Made by a program: the position numbers and the translations under genes. The notes below the pieces were generated by a model, which worked only from the letters and a program-made list of their open reading frames with translations, ran no database searches and was not told where the DNA came from. Positions 48,317 to 60,665 of a DNA stretch of 64,000 bases are shown here, piece after piece; position 1 is the first letter of the stretch; every line of letters starts with the position of its first letter. Location of the stretch: positions 5,952,001 to 6,016,000 of the forward strand of contig OY970194.1 in assembly GCA_963708075.1 (NCBI GenBank). Direction: 5' to 3'. This DNA comes from Sedimentisphaerales bacterium (GTDB lineage: Bacteria > Planctomycetota > Phycisphaerae > Sedimentisphaerales > Anaerobacaceae).

Positions 48317-49429
48317 TCAAGCCAGGAGTGTCTCAATCACGTTCCTGAACAGATCGGCGGCTCGTTCGAGGTCGGCAGTGTCGATGTACTCGTCGGTCTG
48401 GTGGCAGAGCTTCGGCTTGCCGGGGCCGTAGAGGACGATGGGGGCGCCGAGCGGCACGACGTGCGGGGCGTCGGTGGTGTAGCCGATCACGTTTGTCAAA
48501 TCGACATCCACGGCCGAGCAGAGCCGCTTGACGAACTCGCACTCAGGGTCGGTTTCCATCGCTTTGGCCGAGCGCTCAATGACAAGCTCGGCGTCGAACT
48601 GTGGCGTTGTGGCCTTGAGTTGCGCGAGGATCCGCTCGATGTCGTAGCGCAAAGCCTCGTGGTCCTGTCCCGGCAGCGTGCGGATGTCCACGCCGATCGT
48701 GCACCCGTCCGGGATGATATTCATGGCCTCGCCGCCACTGATCGTGTTGACGCTCAGGGAGCTCTTGCCGAGCAGGGGGTGCGGCTCGAAAGGAATCTGG
48801 TACTGCTCCAGTGCATCGAGCACGCGTTTCATGGAGGTGATCGCATTGACGCCTCGCTCGGGCATGGAGCTGTGGGCGGCCTTGCCCCTCGTCGTGATCT
48901 TCAGCCAGAACAAGCCGCGGTGGGCGGTGACAACGCTGAGGTCCGTCGGCTCCGGAACGACGATGCCCCCCAGCGCGGGCAGACGGCCGCGATGCTGCAT
49001 GAACCGTTGAACGCCGGAACTGTCGGTTTCCTCGCCCGCGGTGGCGGCAAAAACGATATCGCCCTGCAGCGCCGCCCGTGAGTCCACCACTTTGCAGATG
49101 GCGGCCATGACGGCGGCGATTCCGCCTTTCATGTCCACCGTGCCCCGGCCGTAAATCCTGCCCTCTTTCTCGACAGCTCCAAACGGCGTGTGATTCCACG
49201 TCTCCTCGCCGGGACCGACCACGTCCAGATGGCACAGGAACAGCAGACCCGGGCGTTTGCGGGCGGTCTTCACCTGTGCGATCACATTCGCGCGATTTCC
49301 ATCCCACGGGTCGATCCGGCAGTCGATGCCGTGCTTGGTGAACCAGCGTGCGACCACATCAGCCGCCGCCGCTTCCCCTTTGCCCGCCGTCGAGTCGGCA
49401 CGAATCAGTTGTTTCAGCAAATCCTTCAT
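48317..49429 (-). CDS. M20 metallo-amidohydrolase (ArgE/DapE-like)
   Basis: HLDVV, GRG..DMKGG, GEE, EPT, G.AAHSS.P..G.NAI, TDA, GPG...CH..DE. Confidence 0.9.
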   Translation of the reverse strand: MKDLLKQLIRADSTAGKGEAAAADVVARWFTKHGIDCRIDPWDGNRANVIAQVKTARKRPGLLFLCHLDVVGPGEETWNHTPFGAVEKEGRIYGRGTVDMKGGIAAVMAAICKVVDSRAALQGDIVFAATAGEETDSSGVQRFMQHRGRLPALGGIVVPEPTDLSVVTAHRGLFWLKITTRGKAAHSSMPERGVNAITSMKRVLDALEQYQIPFEPHPLLGKSSLSVNTISGGEAMNIIPDGCTIGVDIRTLPGQDHEALRYDIERILAQLKATTPQFDAELVIERSAKAMETDPECEFVKRLCSAVDVDLTNVIGYTTDAPHVVPLGAPIVLYGPGKPKLCHQTDEYIDTADLERAADLFRNVIETLLA

Positions 49430-49701
49430 GGCACGGCGATTATATCCCTGTGTCTTTGTGAATCAACTATGCAAACCCATGTCGCCGGCGACAGGAGGGG
49501 TTCATCCGGCCAATCGGCAAGCCGAACCCAAGTATCTGCCGCAGCAGAATTTATGTGTTCCGGGACCGAAGTGAAAAATCTGACGAAGAGCGTATGATTT
49601 TTTGGTTGCGGAGGGCTTGACAGCCGGACATAATAATGTGCTCAATGATTGCAGCGCCGATCCTCGCTGCTGCGAACGTCGGCCAGCCATGAGGAGCTTA
49701 A

Positions 49702-50439
49702 ATGGGACCTGTACTAAACGGGTTAATAAAACTTCAGAGTGTGGAAAATCGCCTCCGGGCCGCCCAAGCGAAGCTGGCCCGCAGTAGAAGAAGCGTTACC
49801 ATTCAGGAAAATCAAGTCCGAAGCCTCCAAAACGCCCTCGAAGCCAAAAAAGAGGAATGCCAGTTGACCAAGGTGCAGTCCGACCGCCTGGAGCTGGAGC
49901 TCAAGACCCGGGACCAGGAGGTGGGCAAGCTTCGGGCCTCCCTCAACGCCGCCAAGACCAACAAGGAATACGCCGCGGTGCTGACTCAGCTCAACACGAC
50001 CCGGGCCGACAACTCCAAGATCGAAACCCAGATCCTGGAGCTGATGAAGGCGGTCGAGGTGGACGAGGGAGAGTGCGAGAACATCCGCAAGCAGATCGAG
50101 GAGCAGAAGCAGGAGCTCGAGCAGACGCGAAAGAAGGTGGACAGTTCCGTGGCCGAGCATGAGGCGGAGATCGCGAAGATCCAGGCCGAGTGGAACGAGG
50201 CTGCCAAGGCGATCCCGCGCAAGGCCCTGGATGTCTTCAAACGCGTCGCCGATACCTACGATGGCGAGGCGGTCGCCATGATCGAGCAGCAGGAGGGCAG
50301 GACGGCTGCCTATAGCTGCGGCGGCTGCTACATGGGTGTGCCCGCCGAGAGTGTCAACCTGCTGATGACCAAAGACGATATTATCCGCTGCTCCAACTGC
50401 ACGCGAATCCTGGTGCTCAACCCGTCGCAGGAGTACTGA
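49702..50439 (+). CDS. Coiled-coil protein with a C4-type zinc ribbon
   Basis: Long coiled coil, then CGGC...CSNC.RIL. Confidence 0.88.
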   Translation: MGPVLNGLIKLQSVENRLRAAQAKLARSRRSVTIQENQVRSLQNALEAKKEECQLTKVQSDRLELELKTRDQEVGKLRASLNAAKTNKEYAAVLTQLNTTRADNSKIETQILELMKAVEVDEGECENIRKQIEEQKQELEQTRKKVDSSVAEHEAEIAKIQAEWNEAAKAIPRKALDVFKRVADTYDGEAVAMIEQQEGRTAAYSCGGCYMGVPAESVNLLMTKDDIIRCSNCTRILVLNPSQEY

Positions 50440-50546
50440 GGCGCGGGAACTGCAAGACGATGTGCGAAGTCGCACGGGGGCCGGACTGCATGAGCGGTTT
50501 CGTCGGTTGTGGCTCTACTTCTTGAATTCCCAATCGGTAATCAACG

Positions 50547-51611
50547 ATGAAAGTGATCGTACATGTAGATGGTGGCAGCCGGGGCAATCCGGGCCCGGCG
50601 GCCGCGGCGTTTGTTCTCGATGACGCGGCCGGCAACCGATTGGCGGCCAGGGCATGCGTGCTGGGCAAGACTACGAACAATGTTGCCGAGTACACGGCCC
50701 TGCTCCGTGCTTTAGAGGCGGCCGGTGCGCTCGGTGCAACGGATGTGGCCGTCTTCAGTGACAGCGAGCTGCTCGTCAGGCAGCTTACCGGCCTGTACAA
50801 GGTCAAGAGCGACTTGATCCGGCCGCTGTACGAGCAGGTGAACGACTTGCGCAATCAGTTCGACTGCTTCAGCATCCGGCACGTCATGCGCGAGCAGAAC
50901 AAGGAGGCGGATCGGCTCGTGAACGAGGCGCTGGATGCCGGTCGGGACATCGAGGAGGGGGCGGCAAAGCCGCAGAAGAAGATCCGGCTGGGCGTGCTCA
51001 TCAGCGGCGGGGGCAGGACGATGATGAATATTCTCGACTGCATCAAATGCCGCGAGCTCAACGCGGAGATCGCCGTCGTGATCAGTTCGCTCTCGACTAT
51101 CGCGGGCATCAACAAAGCGCGCAACGCGGGGCTGCCCGTGAAAATCATCCGGCGGAAGGACTATCCCGACATCGATGCATTCAGCGAGCAGATCACGGAA
51201 GAGCTGGATGCGGCCAAGGTGGACCTGGTGGTGCAGGGGGGGTGGCTGTGCCTGTGGAAGATCCCGCCGCAGTATGAGAACCGCGTGATGAACATCCACC
51301 CGGCATTGCTGCCCGGTTTCGGGGGCAAGGGCATGTGGGGTCATCACGTGCACGAGGCGGTGCTCGCCGCCGGCTGCAAGGTCAGCGGCTGCACGGTCCA
51401 CTTCTGCACGAACGAATACGACAGGGGGCCGATCATTGTGCAGCGGACCTGCCCGGTGGCCGACGACGACACGCCCGACACGCTGGCGGAGCGGGTCTTC
51501 GAGCAGGAGTGCATCGCCTATCCGCAGGCAATCCGCTGGTTTGCTGAAGACAGACTCCAGGTGGAAGGCAACCGGGTGAAGGTGCAGTCATTGATGAAGG
51601 ATGATGGATGA
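50547..51611 (+). CDS. purN: Ribonuclease HI fused to phosphoribosylglycinamide formyltransferase
   Basis: RNase H: DGGSRGNPG, TNNVAEY, SDSEL, N..AD.L. PurN: LISGGG, NIHPALLP, GCTVH, D.GPII. Confidence 0.9.
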   Translation: MKVIVHVDGGSRGNPGPAAAAFVLDDAAGNRLAARACVLGKTTNNVAEYTALLRALEAAGALGATDVAVFSDSELLVRQLTGLYKVKSDLIRPLYEQVNDLRNQFDCFSIRHVMREQNKEADRLVNEALDAGRDIEEGAAKPQKKIRLGVLISGGGRTMMNILDCIKCRELNAEIAVVISSLSTIAGINKARNAGLPVKIIRRKDYPDIDAFSEQITEELDAAKVDLVVQGGWLCLWKIPPQYENRVMNIHPALLPGFGGKGMWGHHVHEAVLAAGCKVSGCTVHFCTNEYDRGPIIVQRTCPVADDDTPDTLAERVFEQECIAYPQAIRWFAEDRLQVEGNRVKVQSLMKDDG

Positions 51612-51690
51612 TGGATGATTGGTAATTGCCGATCGCATCTATCCAGAGTCAGCCGTCGATGCGTGTGCCGGCACGTATGCAAGGGATGCC

Positions 51691-52140
51691 GTGAATAGAC
51701 GCGAGAGAGCATTGCTGATCGAATCGCTGTTTGTGCTGATCGCCACCATAGCGGCGGTCATCGGCATGGTGCAGCTCAAGGACTATGTCAACCGCTCCGA
51801 GGCCATGCGTGCGATGACCCAACTTGGCGAGCGCGTTCTCGAACACCGCAAACAGTACGGCTCACTGCCGCCGCAATCGTTCGTGGACAACATCAAAGGC
51901 GATGTGGAGGGCGCCGTCCGCATGGGCAACGTCAACTACCGCGCCCGGTGGATCGGCCTGGACGCCCCCGATGGCACCATCCTGGCCTACTCCCAGAAGC
52001 ACCTCCCATCCTCCTTCCTCAAAGACGGCTACGTAGTCCTGCGCCTGGATGGCACAGTCGAGTGGCTGCCAACGAGACAATTCACCACCCTCTTCGCCGG
52101 CCAGCGAACACCTACAGAGCCGGACATCCCTAAAGAGTGA
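51691..52140 (+). CDS. Hypothetical single-TM protein
   Basis: N-terminal TM helix, G.LP, VL..DG.V.W. Start uncertain (ORF extends to 51619). Confidence 0.6.
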   Translation: MNRRERALLIESLFVLIATIAAVIGMVQLKDYVNRSEAMRAMTQLGERVLEHRKQYGSLPPQSFVDNIKGDVEGAVRMGNVNYRARWIGLDAPDGTILAYSQKHLPSSFLKDGYVVLRLDGTVEWLPTRQFTTLFAGQRTPTEPDIPKE

Positions 52141-52225
52141 TCTGGATTCGCCGGCAGTCGGCGAAGGCGCAATACGCCGGTTTGAGGCGCGCGGCAAAAT
52201 CCGGAAGGACTTCAAAAACAACGAA

Positions 52226-52258
52226 AGGCAGGGCATCAGGTAATCTGATGCCCTGCCT
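52226..52258 (-). terminator. Intrinsic terminator downstream of clpC
   Basis: AGGCAGGGCATCAG-5 nt-CTGATGCCCTGCCT with a U-rich tail on the minus strand. Confidence 0.75.
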
Positions 52259-52299
52259 GTTGATTCTCCGGCAGAAGCTGCGTATCCGTGCTACTTGGG

Positions 52300-54801
<2,502 letters not shown>

Positions 54802-55300
54802 TTCTATACAACCTGCTCCAAAAACAATGCCTGCATTTAACAGTTGCTACGGCGGAGAAAGTCTCCAGATTCTCTGATCAGCGTTAAGCTATTCCGTTTC
54901 CGCCATCTTGTCAACCGTTTTAGATACACCTGTCCTCTATCGTGCAAAATAACAGATACAACAGGGCGGCTGCCTTACGTGACCTATAATTATATGACAC
55001 AAAAGGCTTCCATGTTCGTTTCCTGCAGGGCGCCTTCCCGAATAATCATTCACCGTATCGGCAAAATGGGCGCAGAACTTTCCTCAACCCGGGGTAACAC
55101 CGTGGATAGCCGACAGGCATACGAACACCGGATCGTTCGGGTTAGTGAGCGTCCGGAACGACTCAGATCATCGAATTCCCCTGATATGCATGAGATTTAC
55201 GGGCAAAGCCGGGCAGCCGGCGCTTCCGACCAGCGGGCACGGGCAGTCAGGGAATCTTACCGGAGCATTTAGCTCAGCCCCGGCAAGGAGCGGTCACGCC

Positions 55301-55588
55301 CTATATCCCGGGCTCTTTGTTCTCGCCGCCGCTGCCGTTGTCTTCGAGCAGCTTTCTGAGGTACGTGTTCTCCCGGCGCGTCGCCTCCAGGTCGAACGCC
55401 TGGTACTTGATGCAGACCCGCAGGTAATCCAACAGCTCCTGCAGGGTGCTTATGCTCTTTTGGAGCTGTTTGCGACTGGCGTCGGCCTGTTTGGCCAGAT
55501 CGGCCAGCTTCTGGTGGCTCGGATCGGTGGTTTCGCCGAAATGCCTGAGCAAGTCATTCAGTGCGCCTTCCAGACTGGCCTCGTCCAT
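55301..55588 (-). CDS. Conserved planctomycete-type coiled-coil protein
   Basis: GGAG RBS, motif LD.LR..IKY..FDLEATRREN..LR. Confidence 0.8.
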   Translation of the reverse strand: MDEASLEGALNDLLRHFGETTDPSHQKLADLAKQADASRKQLQKSISTLQELLDYLRVCIKYQAFDLEATRRENTYLRKLLEDNGSGGENKEPGI

Positions 55589-55814
55589 CGCACTCTCCTC
55601 CGGAAAACTTCTAAAAAACCAGTGGATAAACCCCCAAACTACATAGTGCCTATTGTACCAGACGCCGGACTGTTGGAGAAGGCCATTCTATGCTCTTTTC
55701 CCATCTTAACGCATATAATGGCCCGAAAGGAGCGTTGAGAGGGACGGCTGTGTCGAGAGTAGGGCTTGTAACCAATCTGCCGGAACACACCGCCCTAACG
55801 ACCATAACGTCCGC

Positions 55815-56135
55815 CAATTGGCTTTGTTCCGCACGGGCCGGCAAGCCACCTGGGCCGAGTTGATCACTTCAAACATCAAACTTCACACCTCGAACTCCCC
55901 CCAATTGGCTTTGTTTCGCACAATGATCGACTGCCTGCCGCCTGTCGCCTGGCAATTGGCTTTGTTTGGCGCAACGGGTTCTTCCCGTAGGGGCGGGTTT
56001 CAAACCCGCCCGCAAACTTGGCACGTTTTGTGGCGAGGCCGTCCTGGCCTTGTCTGCTACAATTGGCTTTGTTTCACGGAATCCTGATGCCCGCTGCCTG
56101 CTCCCTGATGCCTCCTCTTACAGATTGGCTTTGTT
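55815..56135 (-). repeat. Array of five short direct repeats (minus strand ...AACAAAGCCAAT) with unique spacers
   Basis: CAATTGGCTTTGTT at 55815, 55902, 55953 and 56060, plus ATTGGCTTTGTT at 56124. Confidence 0.9.
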
Positions 56136-56228
56136 TCTGCACGTGGCTGATCTGGGCTTGTTCCGGGTTCTCGTGCCTTCTCGGGACGCCTGATCCAGTT
56201 GCGATGTGATTCTGAGCGTTGCGTAGTT

Positions 56229-56257
56229 ATCATACAAACGCCGCACTTTGATGTCAA
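56229..56257 (-). promoter_or_regulatory. sigma70 promoter pointing into the repeat array
   Basis: TTGACA-17 bp-TATGAT. Confidence 0.72.
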
Positions 56258-56308
56258 TGGAAAATCCCGGCAAGACACAGATTCCCGCCGATTGTAAGGC
56301 CTTATTGG

Positions 56309-56522
56309 ACACGGATTTACGCCGATGGACACGGATTTTTGAGAGATTCTGTCTCGCGCAAGACGCCAAGATCGCAAAGGTTAACAGCAGTGTCTTCTTG
56401 GCGTTCTCTGCGTCTTAGCGCGAGATACAAGTCTTTTAGTCCCCACAACTTACACCGGACCGTCGAATGTCCTCTCACTTGAGAACTGATAACCGGCAAC
56501 CGACAACTGACTACCGACAACC
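56309..56522. repeat. Cluster of small repeats (ACACGGAT direct pair, CGCCAAGA-type palindrome, CAACCGA/CAACTGA heptamers)
   Basis: GACACGGATTT twice, TCTCGCGC...GCGCGAGA inverted pair, heptamer run at 56481-56522 also seen near 18399-18424 and 23325-23345. Confidence 0.65.
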
Positions 56523-56651
56523 ATTTCCGATTTGCCCTGTTGCCTCCGTCGCGACATAATAGAGCCTGCTGGACCGAGCGTGACGGCTTTGGAGGCCGAG
56601 AGACCATTTGGACAATGCATCCGCCGGGACCGTTGAGAAGGGAGAAGGCAC

Positions 56652-59600
56652 ATGGCCAAAGGCAGGCAATCCAAAGGTAAACCTGACCGACGAAGCGAAA
56701 AAGCGACCGGCGAACTGCCGGCAGGCGTCAAGTTGCTCCGGACACTGGAAGGGCACAAGGACACCGTCCTTAGCGCATCGTTCAGCCCGGATGGGCGGTG
56801 GCTGGCCAGCGCAAGCGACGATGCTACGCTGCGTCTGTGGGAGGTCTCCAGTGGCAGGGAACTGCGACAATTCAGTGGGCACAAGGACAGTGTCAATAGC
56901 GTGTCATTCAGCCCGGACGGACGGTGGCTGGTCAGCGCAAGCGACGACACGACATTGCGTCTGTGGGAGGCCTCCAGCGGCAAGGAACTCCGACAGTTCA
57001 GCGGATACGAGAATAGCGTGTTGAGCGCATCGTTCAGCCCGGATGGGCGGTGGCTGGCCGGCGCCAGCTACGACGGGATGGTGTGTCTGTGGGAGACTTC
57101 CAGCGGCAAGCGACTGCGACAGTTCGGCGGGCAGAAAGACATTGTCTGGAGCGTGTCGTTCAGCCCGGACGGGCGATGGCTGGCCGGCGCCAGCTACGAC
57201 GGGATGGTGTGTCTGTGGGAGGCCTCCAGCGGCAAGGAACTGCGACAGTTCAGCGCGCACCAGGGCTCCGTCTTTGGCGTGTCGTTCAGCCCGGACGGGC
57301 GGTGGCTAGCCGGCGCGAGCGCGGACAAGACGGTGCGTCTGTGGGAGGCCTCCAGCGGCAAGCTGCTCCGCACCCTCGAAGGACACACAGGACCTGTTTC
57401 AGCGGTTGCTTTCTCCAAGGACTTCGGGATGCTCGCTTCCAAGAGCTCTGACGGGACCGTACGGCTTTGGAATTGCGAGTCGTGGGAATGCGTCGCGGTC
57501 ATTCCGACACCGGATCAGCGGTGGGGCTTTTTTGCGGCTTTGTGCTTTCACCCAACCTTGCTGTGGCTTGCCACGGACGCCTCGAAGCCGGGGGCCATTG
57601 GAGAAAGCGGCCGTCTCATTCGGTTCTGGGAGTTGGATGTCGAGGTTCTGCTCGGGAAAGGGCCCGGGGCCAGACCGCCATCGGAGGCGGTCCATCACAC
57701 CACCAGCAAGATCGTCCTGGTGGGTGATCACAGTGTGGGCAAGTCCGCACTTGGCTATCGGATGCTTCATGGCGAGTTCAAGGAGCAAGCTTCGACACAC
57801 GGGCAGCAGTTCTGGGTGTTTCCTGCCTTAGGCAAGCGACGCGCTGACGGCACCGAATGTGAAGCGGTTCTCTGGGACTTCGCTGGCCAACCCGATTACA
57901 GACTGGTTCACGCGCTGTGCATTGATGATGCCGACTTGGCCTTGGTATTGTTCGATGCCTCGGACATTCGCGACCCGCTACATGGAGTGAGCTTCTGGCT
58001 GAAGCAGCTTCAAGGGGGGCGCACCCGGTGTCCTGTTATCCTCGTAGGCGCGCAAACGGATCGCGGGAGTTGCGCGCTGATGCCGGAGGAACTGCACTCC
58101 TTTTGTCAGCAGCACGGTATCGCAGGGCCGACCCACACGAGCTCGCTCACGGGTGCCGGCGTGCCAGAACTCGTTGAACAGATGAAAGCCCTGATCCCGT
58201 GGGACGACAAGCCCGCCACCGTCACAACTACGACTTTCAAGCGCATCAAGGACTACGTGCTCGGCCTCAAGGAGTCGAAATCGCACGACCAGACCATCTT
58301 CACACCCGTGGAACTCCGTGCCCGTTTGGAGGCCACCGATGTCGGCTGGCATTTCACCGACAATGAAATGCTGACTGCCGTAGGGCACCTTGAGAACTAC
58401 GGCTATGTCAGACGCTTGCGGACCTCGAAGGGGGAGCTGCGTATCCTGCTCCAGCCGGAACGGCTCAACAATCTGGCATCATCGTTCGTTCTAGAAGCAC
58501 GCCGGAACACACTGGGTGCGTTGGAGGAGAGACGTTTGCTGGCTGGCGGCTACGCCTTTCCGGAGTTGACGGACTTGAGCGAGGCCGAGCGTGACTTGCT
58601 TCTGGATTCGGCGGCCTTGCTTTTCCTGGAGCACAATGTTGCATTTCGCGAGACGGACCCCCTACGCATGGAGCCGTACTTGGTCTTCCCGGAACTGATC
58701 AACTTGAAGAAGCCGTCTGGGGACGAAAGGGCAACCGAAGAGGGGGTGGCCTACACGGTGCGTGGGCCGACGGAGAACGTGTTTGCCTCGCTGGTCGTCC
58801 TGCTGGGCCACACGCATACTCTCACGCGCACGGGCCAATGGCAGAACAATGCGCGTTACGAGGTGGGCGAAGGCTTAGTCTGCGGGTTCCGCCAAGAGGC
58901 CGAGCGCGACGGTGAATTAGACTTCGTGGTCTGCTTCGGTCCCAAGGTGGGTGGACCGATCCGGACTCTATTCCAAGGGCTATTCGAGAGCTTCCTCGCC
59001 CGGCGCAACCTGACGGTGATCCGTTACGAACCGGTGCGTTGTACTGAGGCGGAGTGTGGACACTTGCTGGACCGATCCGTCGTGCGCCAGCGGATGAAGG
59101 AGGGTAAGACCTTTGCCTTCTGCAACGATTGCGGCGAGAAATTGACATTGCCAGAGATGGCGGAGCCAATTCAGTTGACGCGCGAAATCGAAGCCGAGGT
59201 TGAGACTCAGCGTCGCACTGCCGAGCAGCGGACACGATTCGAACAGGCCATCTTCAGTGTGCAAAACTATGTGGTAGAGCAGGGAATCAAGGTGCCCGAG
59301 TGCTTCATCAGCTATGCCTGGGGCGTGCCGGAGCACGAACGGTGGGTGGAAAAGCGGCTGGCGACCGATCTACAAAAAGCGGGGATTGCGGTCGTGCTGG
59401 ATCGATGGCACAACGCGAAGATTGGCGCAAGCGTAGCGAGGTTTATCGAACGCATCGAAAAATGTGACCGGATTGTCACGGTTGGCACGCCGCTCTATCG
59501 TCACAAGTACGAGAACAAGGACACAAGCACCGGCTATGTCGCGGCGGCGGAGGTGGATTTGATCAACAACCGGCTTCTTGGCACCGAGCTACAGAAGGCA

Positions 59601-59804
59601 AGCGTGCTCCCGCTGTTGCTGGACGGAGAGAAGACCGCTTCCCTACCGCCGCTCCTGCATGGTCGCGTCTATGCTGACTTCCGCAACGAGGACGACTACT
59701 TCATCACGGCATTCGACTTGATCCTGTGTCTCTACGGGATTGCGCCGAGCGATCCGGCCGTGGCGGACTTGCGGGAGTCGCTCCAAGAGCTGCGGCTGAG
59801 GTAG
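56652..59804 (+). CDS. WD40-repeat / Roc GTPase / COR-like / Zn-ribbon / TIR(SEFIR) protein
   Basis: 6-7 WD40 repeats. Roc: KIVLVGDHSVGKS, STHG, LWDFAGQ. Then C..C pairs. TIR: FISYAW....H..WV..LA.DL...GI...LD.W...AAE. Confidence 0.9.
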   Translation: MAKGRQSKGKPDRRSEKATGELPAGVKLLRTLEGHKDTVLSASFSPDGRWLASASDDATLRLWEVSSGRELRQFSGHKDSVNSVSFSPDGRWLVSASDDTTLRLWEASSGKELRQFSGYENSVLSASFSPDGRWLAGASYDGMVCLWETSSGKRLRQFGGQKDIVWSVSFSPDGRWLAGASYDGMVCLWEASSGKELRQFSAHQGSVFGVSFSPDGRWLAGASADKTVRLWEASSGKLLRTLEGHTGPVSAVAFSKDFGMLASKSSDGTVRLWNCESWECVAVIPTPDQRWGFFAALCFHPTLLWLATDASKPGAIGESGRLIRFWELDVEVLLGKGPGARPPSEAVHHTTSKIVLVGDHSVGKSALGYRMLHGEFKEQASTHGQQFWVFPALGKRRADGTECEAVLWDFAGQPDYRLVHALCIDDADLALVLFDASDIRDPLHGVSFWLKQLQGGRTRCPVILVGAQTDRGSCALMPEELHSFCQQHGIAGPTHTSSLTGAGVPELVEQMKALIPWDDKPATVTTTTFKRIKDYVLGLKESKSHDQTIFTPVELRARLEATDVGWHFTDNEMLTAVGHLENYGYVRRLRTSKGELRILLQPERLNNLASSFVLEARRNTLGALEERRLLAGGYAFPELTDLSEAERDLLLDSAALLFLEHNVAFRETDPLRMEPYLVFPELINLKKPSGDERATEEGVAYTVRGPTENVFASLVVLLGHTHTLTRTGQWQNNARYEVGEGLVCGFRQEAERDGELDFVVCFGPKVGGPIRTLFQGLFESFLARRNLTVIRYEPVRCTEAECGHLLDRSVVRQRMKEGKTFAFCNDCGEKLTLPEMAEPIQLTREIEAEVETQRRTAEQRTRFEQAIFSVQNYVVEQGIKVPECFISYAWGVPEHERWVEKRLATDLQKAGIAVVLDRWHNAKIGASVARFIERIEKCDRIVTVGTPLYRHKYENKDTSTGYVAAAEVDLINNRLLGTELQKASVLPLLLDGEKTASLPPLLHGRVYADFRNEDDYFITAFDLILCLYGIAPSDPAVADLRESLQELRLR

Positions 59805-59859
59805 GGGCATCGAGGGAAACGCCTTGCGGCGTCACTACAAACGGCTGCCTTTTGTCGAT

Positions 59860-60444
59860 CTATGCCAAACCTTCCGGGGTGGACTGGCCGTGGAACTCGC
59901 TGGGGTTGAGGAAGATTTCGCCGCGGACCTCCTCGACGATGAGCTGGGCGATGTGCATGGCGGGACGCAGGAGGATGGTCTGCGGTCCGAGGTTGATCAT
60001 TTCGAGCGTGAGCGGGCCGGCCCAGCCGGGATGGACGGTCGGCGAGGTGAAGTGGACCATCAGGCCGCAGCGGGCCCGGCTGCTCTTGCCCTCGATCCGC
60101 GCGGCCAGGTGCGGCGTCCCCTTGTTCACCGGCAGCTCGATGCGCTCCAGCGTGCGGCCGAGGATGAACTGCTGCGGCTTGAGCGGGTACGGGTTCTCGT
60201 CCGTGAGCGAGATTCTTCGCGAGTTCCGCGCGATCACCTCCGACAGCGTCCCGCGCTCCGTGACATCATAATGGTATGGCCCCGCCTGCGGCACCGCGAT
60301 CTCTCCATGCAGTCGCAAGTCCACCGCGTGCGTGTCATACGGACAGTACTTCCCCTTCTCCGGCCGCCTCGGCGCCGGCTCCGGCTCAATCACCAGCCGC
60401 CCTTCATCCAATGCCTTTTGAATCTCGATATTCGATAGAATCAC
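59860..60444 (-). CDS. dcd: dCTP deaminase (trimeric dUTPase-like fold)
   Basis: MILS..EI, VDLRL, EGKSS.AR.GL.VH...P...PGW.G.LTLE..N, IAQL. Confidence 0.85.
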   Translation of the reverse strand: MILSNIEIQKALDEGRLVIEPEPAPRRPEKGKYCPYDTHAVDLRLHGEIAVPQAGPYHYDVTERGTLSEVIARNSRRISLTDENPYPLKPQQFILGRTLERIELPVNKGTPHLAARIEGKSSRARCGLMVHFTSPTVHPGWAGPLTLEMINLGPQTILLRPAMHIAQLIVEEVRGEIFLNPSEFHGQSTPEGLA

Positions 60445-60665
60445 GTTTCAGCTCACAATCTCACCGCGTGTCAATGCCGCCGGATTCACCGGCCCAATGG
60501 GTCCATAAGATACCGCTTCTCGAGTCACAACGCCAGAGCCACGCGATGCAGGATTTGTCTTGATGCTTCGCACGAAAAGCGTAAAATGAGAGTCAGCAAG
60601 CAAGCCTGATTGACATACGAGTGACGGCGGGAAAAGCGGGAATGACCACTGGCGGAGCGCGTACC

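Noticed and set aside
54802..55300. Structured RNA (tRNA, 6S, RNase P) upstream of clpC
   Set aside because: No tRNA T-loop or other conserved RNA motifs recognised. A covariance-model search would be needed.
55815..56135. Canonical CRISPR array
   Set aside because: The repeat core is only about 14-20 bp, spacer lengths vary about two-fold, and there are no cas genes in the window. Reported as a non-CRISPR array instead.
59860..60444. Anti-phage dCTP deaminase partnered with the TIR protein
   Set aside because: It has the dUTPase-like Dcd fold, not the Zn-dependent HxE/PCxxC deaminase of defence systems, and it is convergent rather than operonic.
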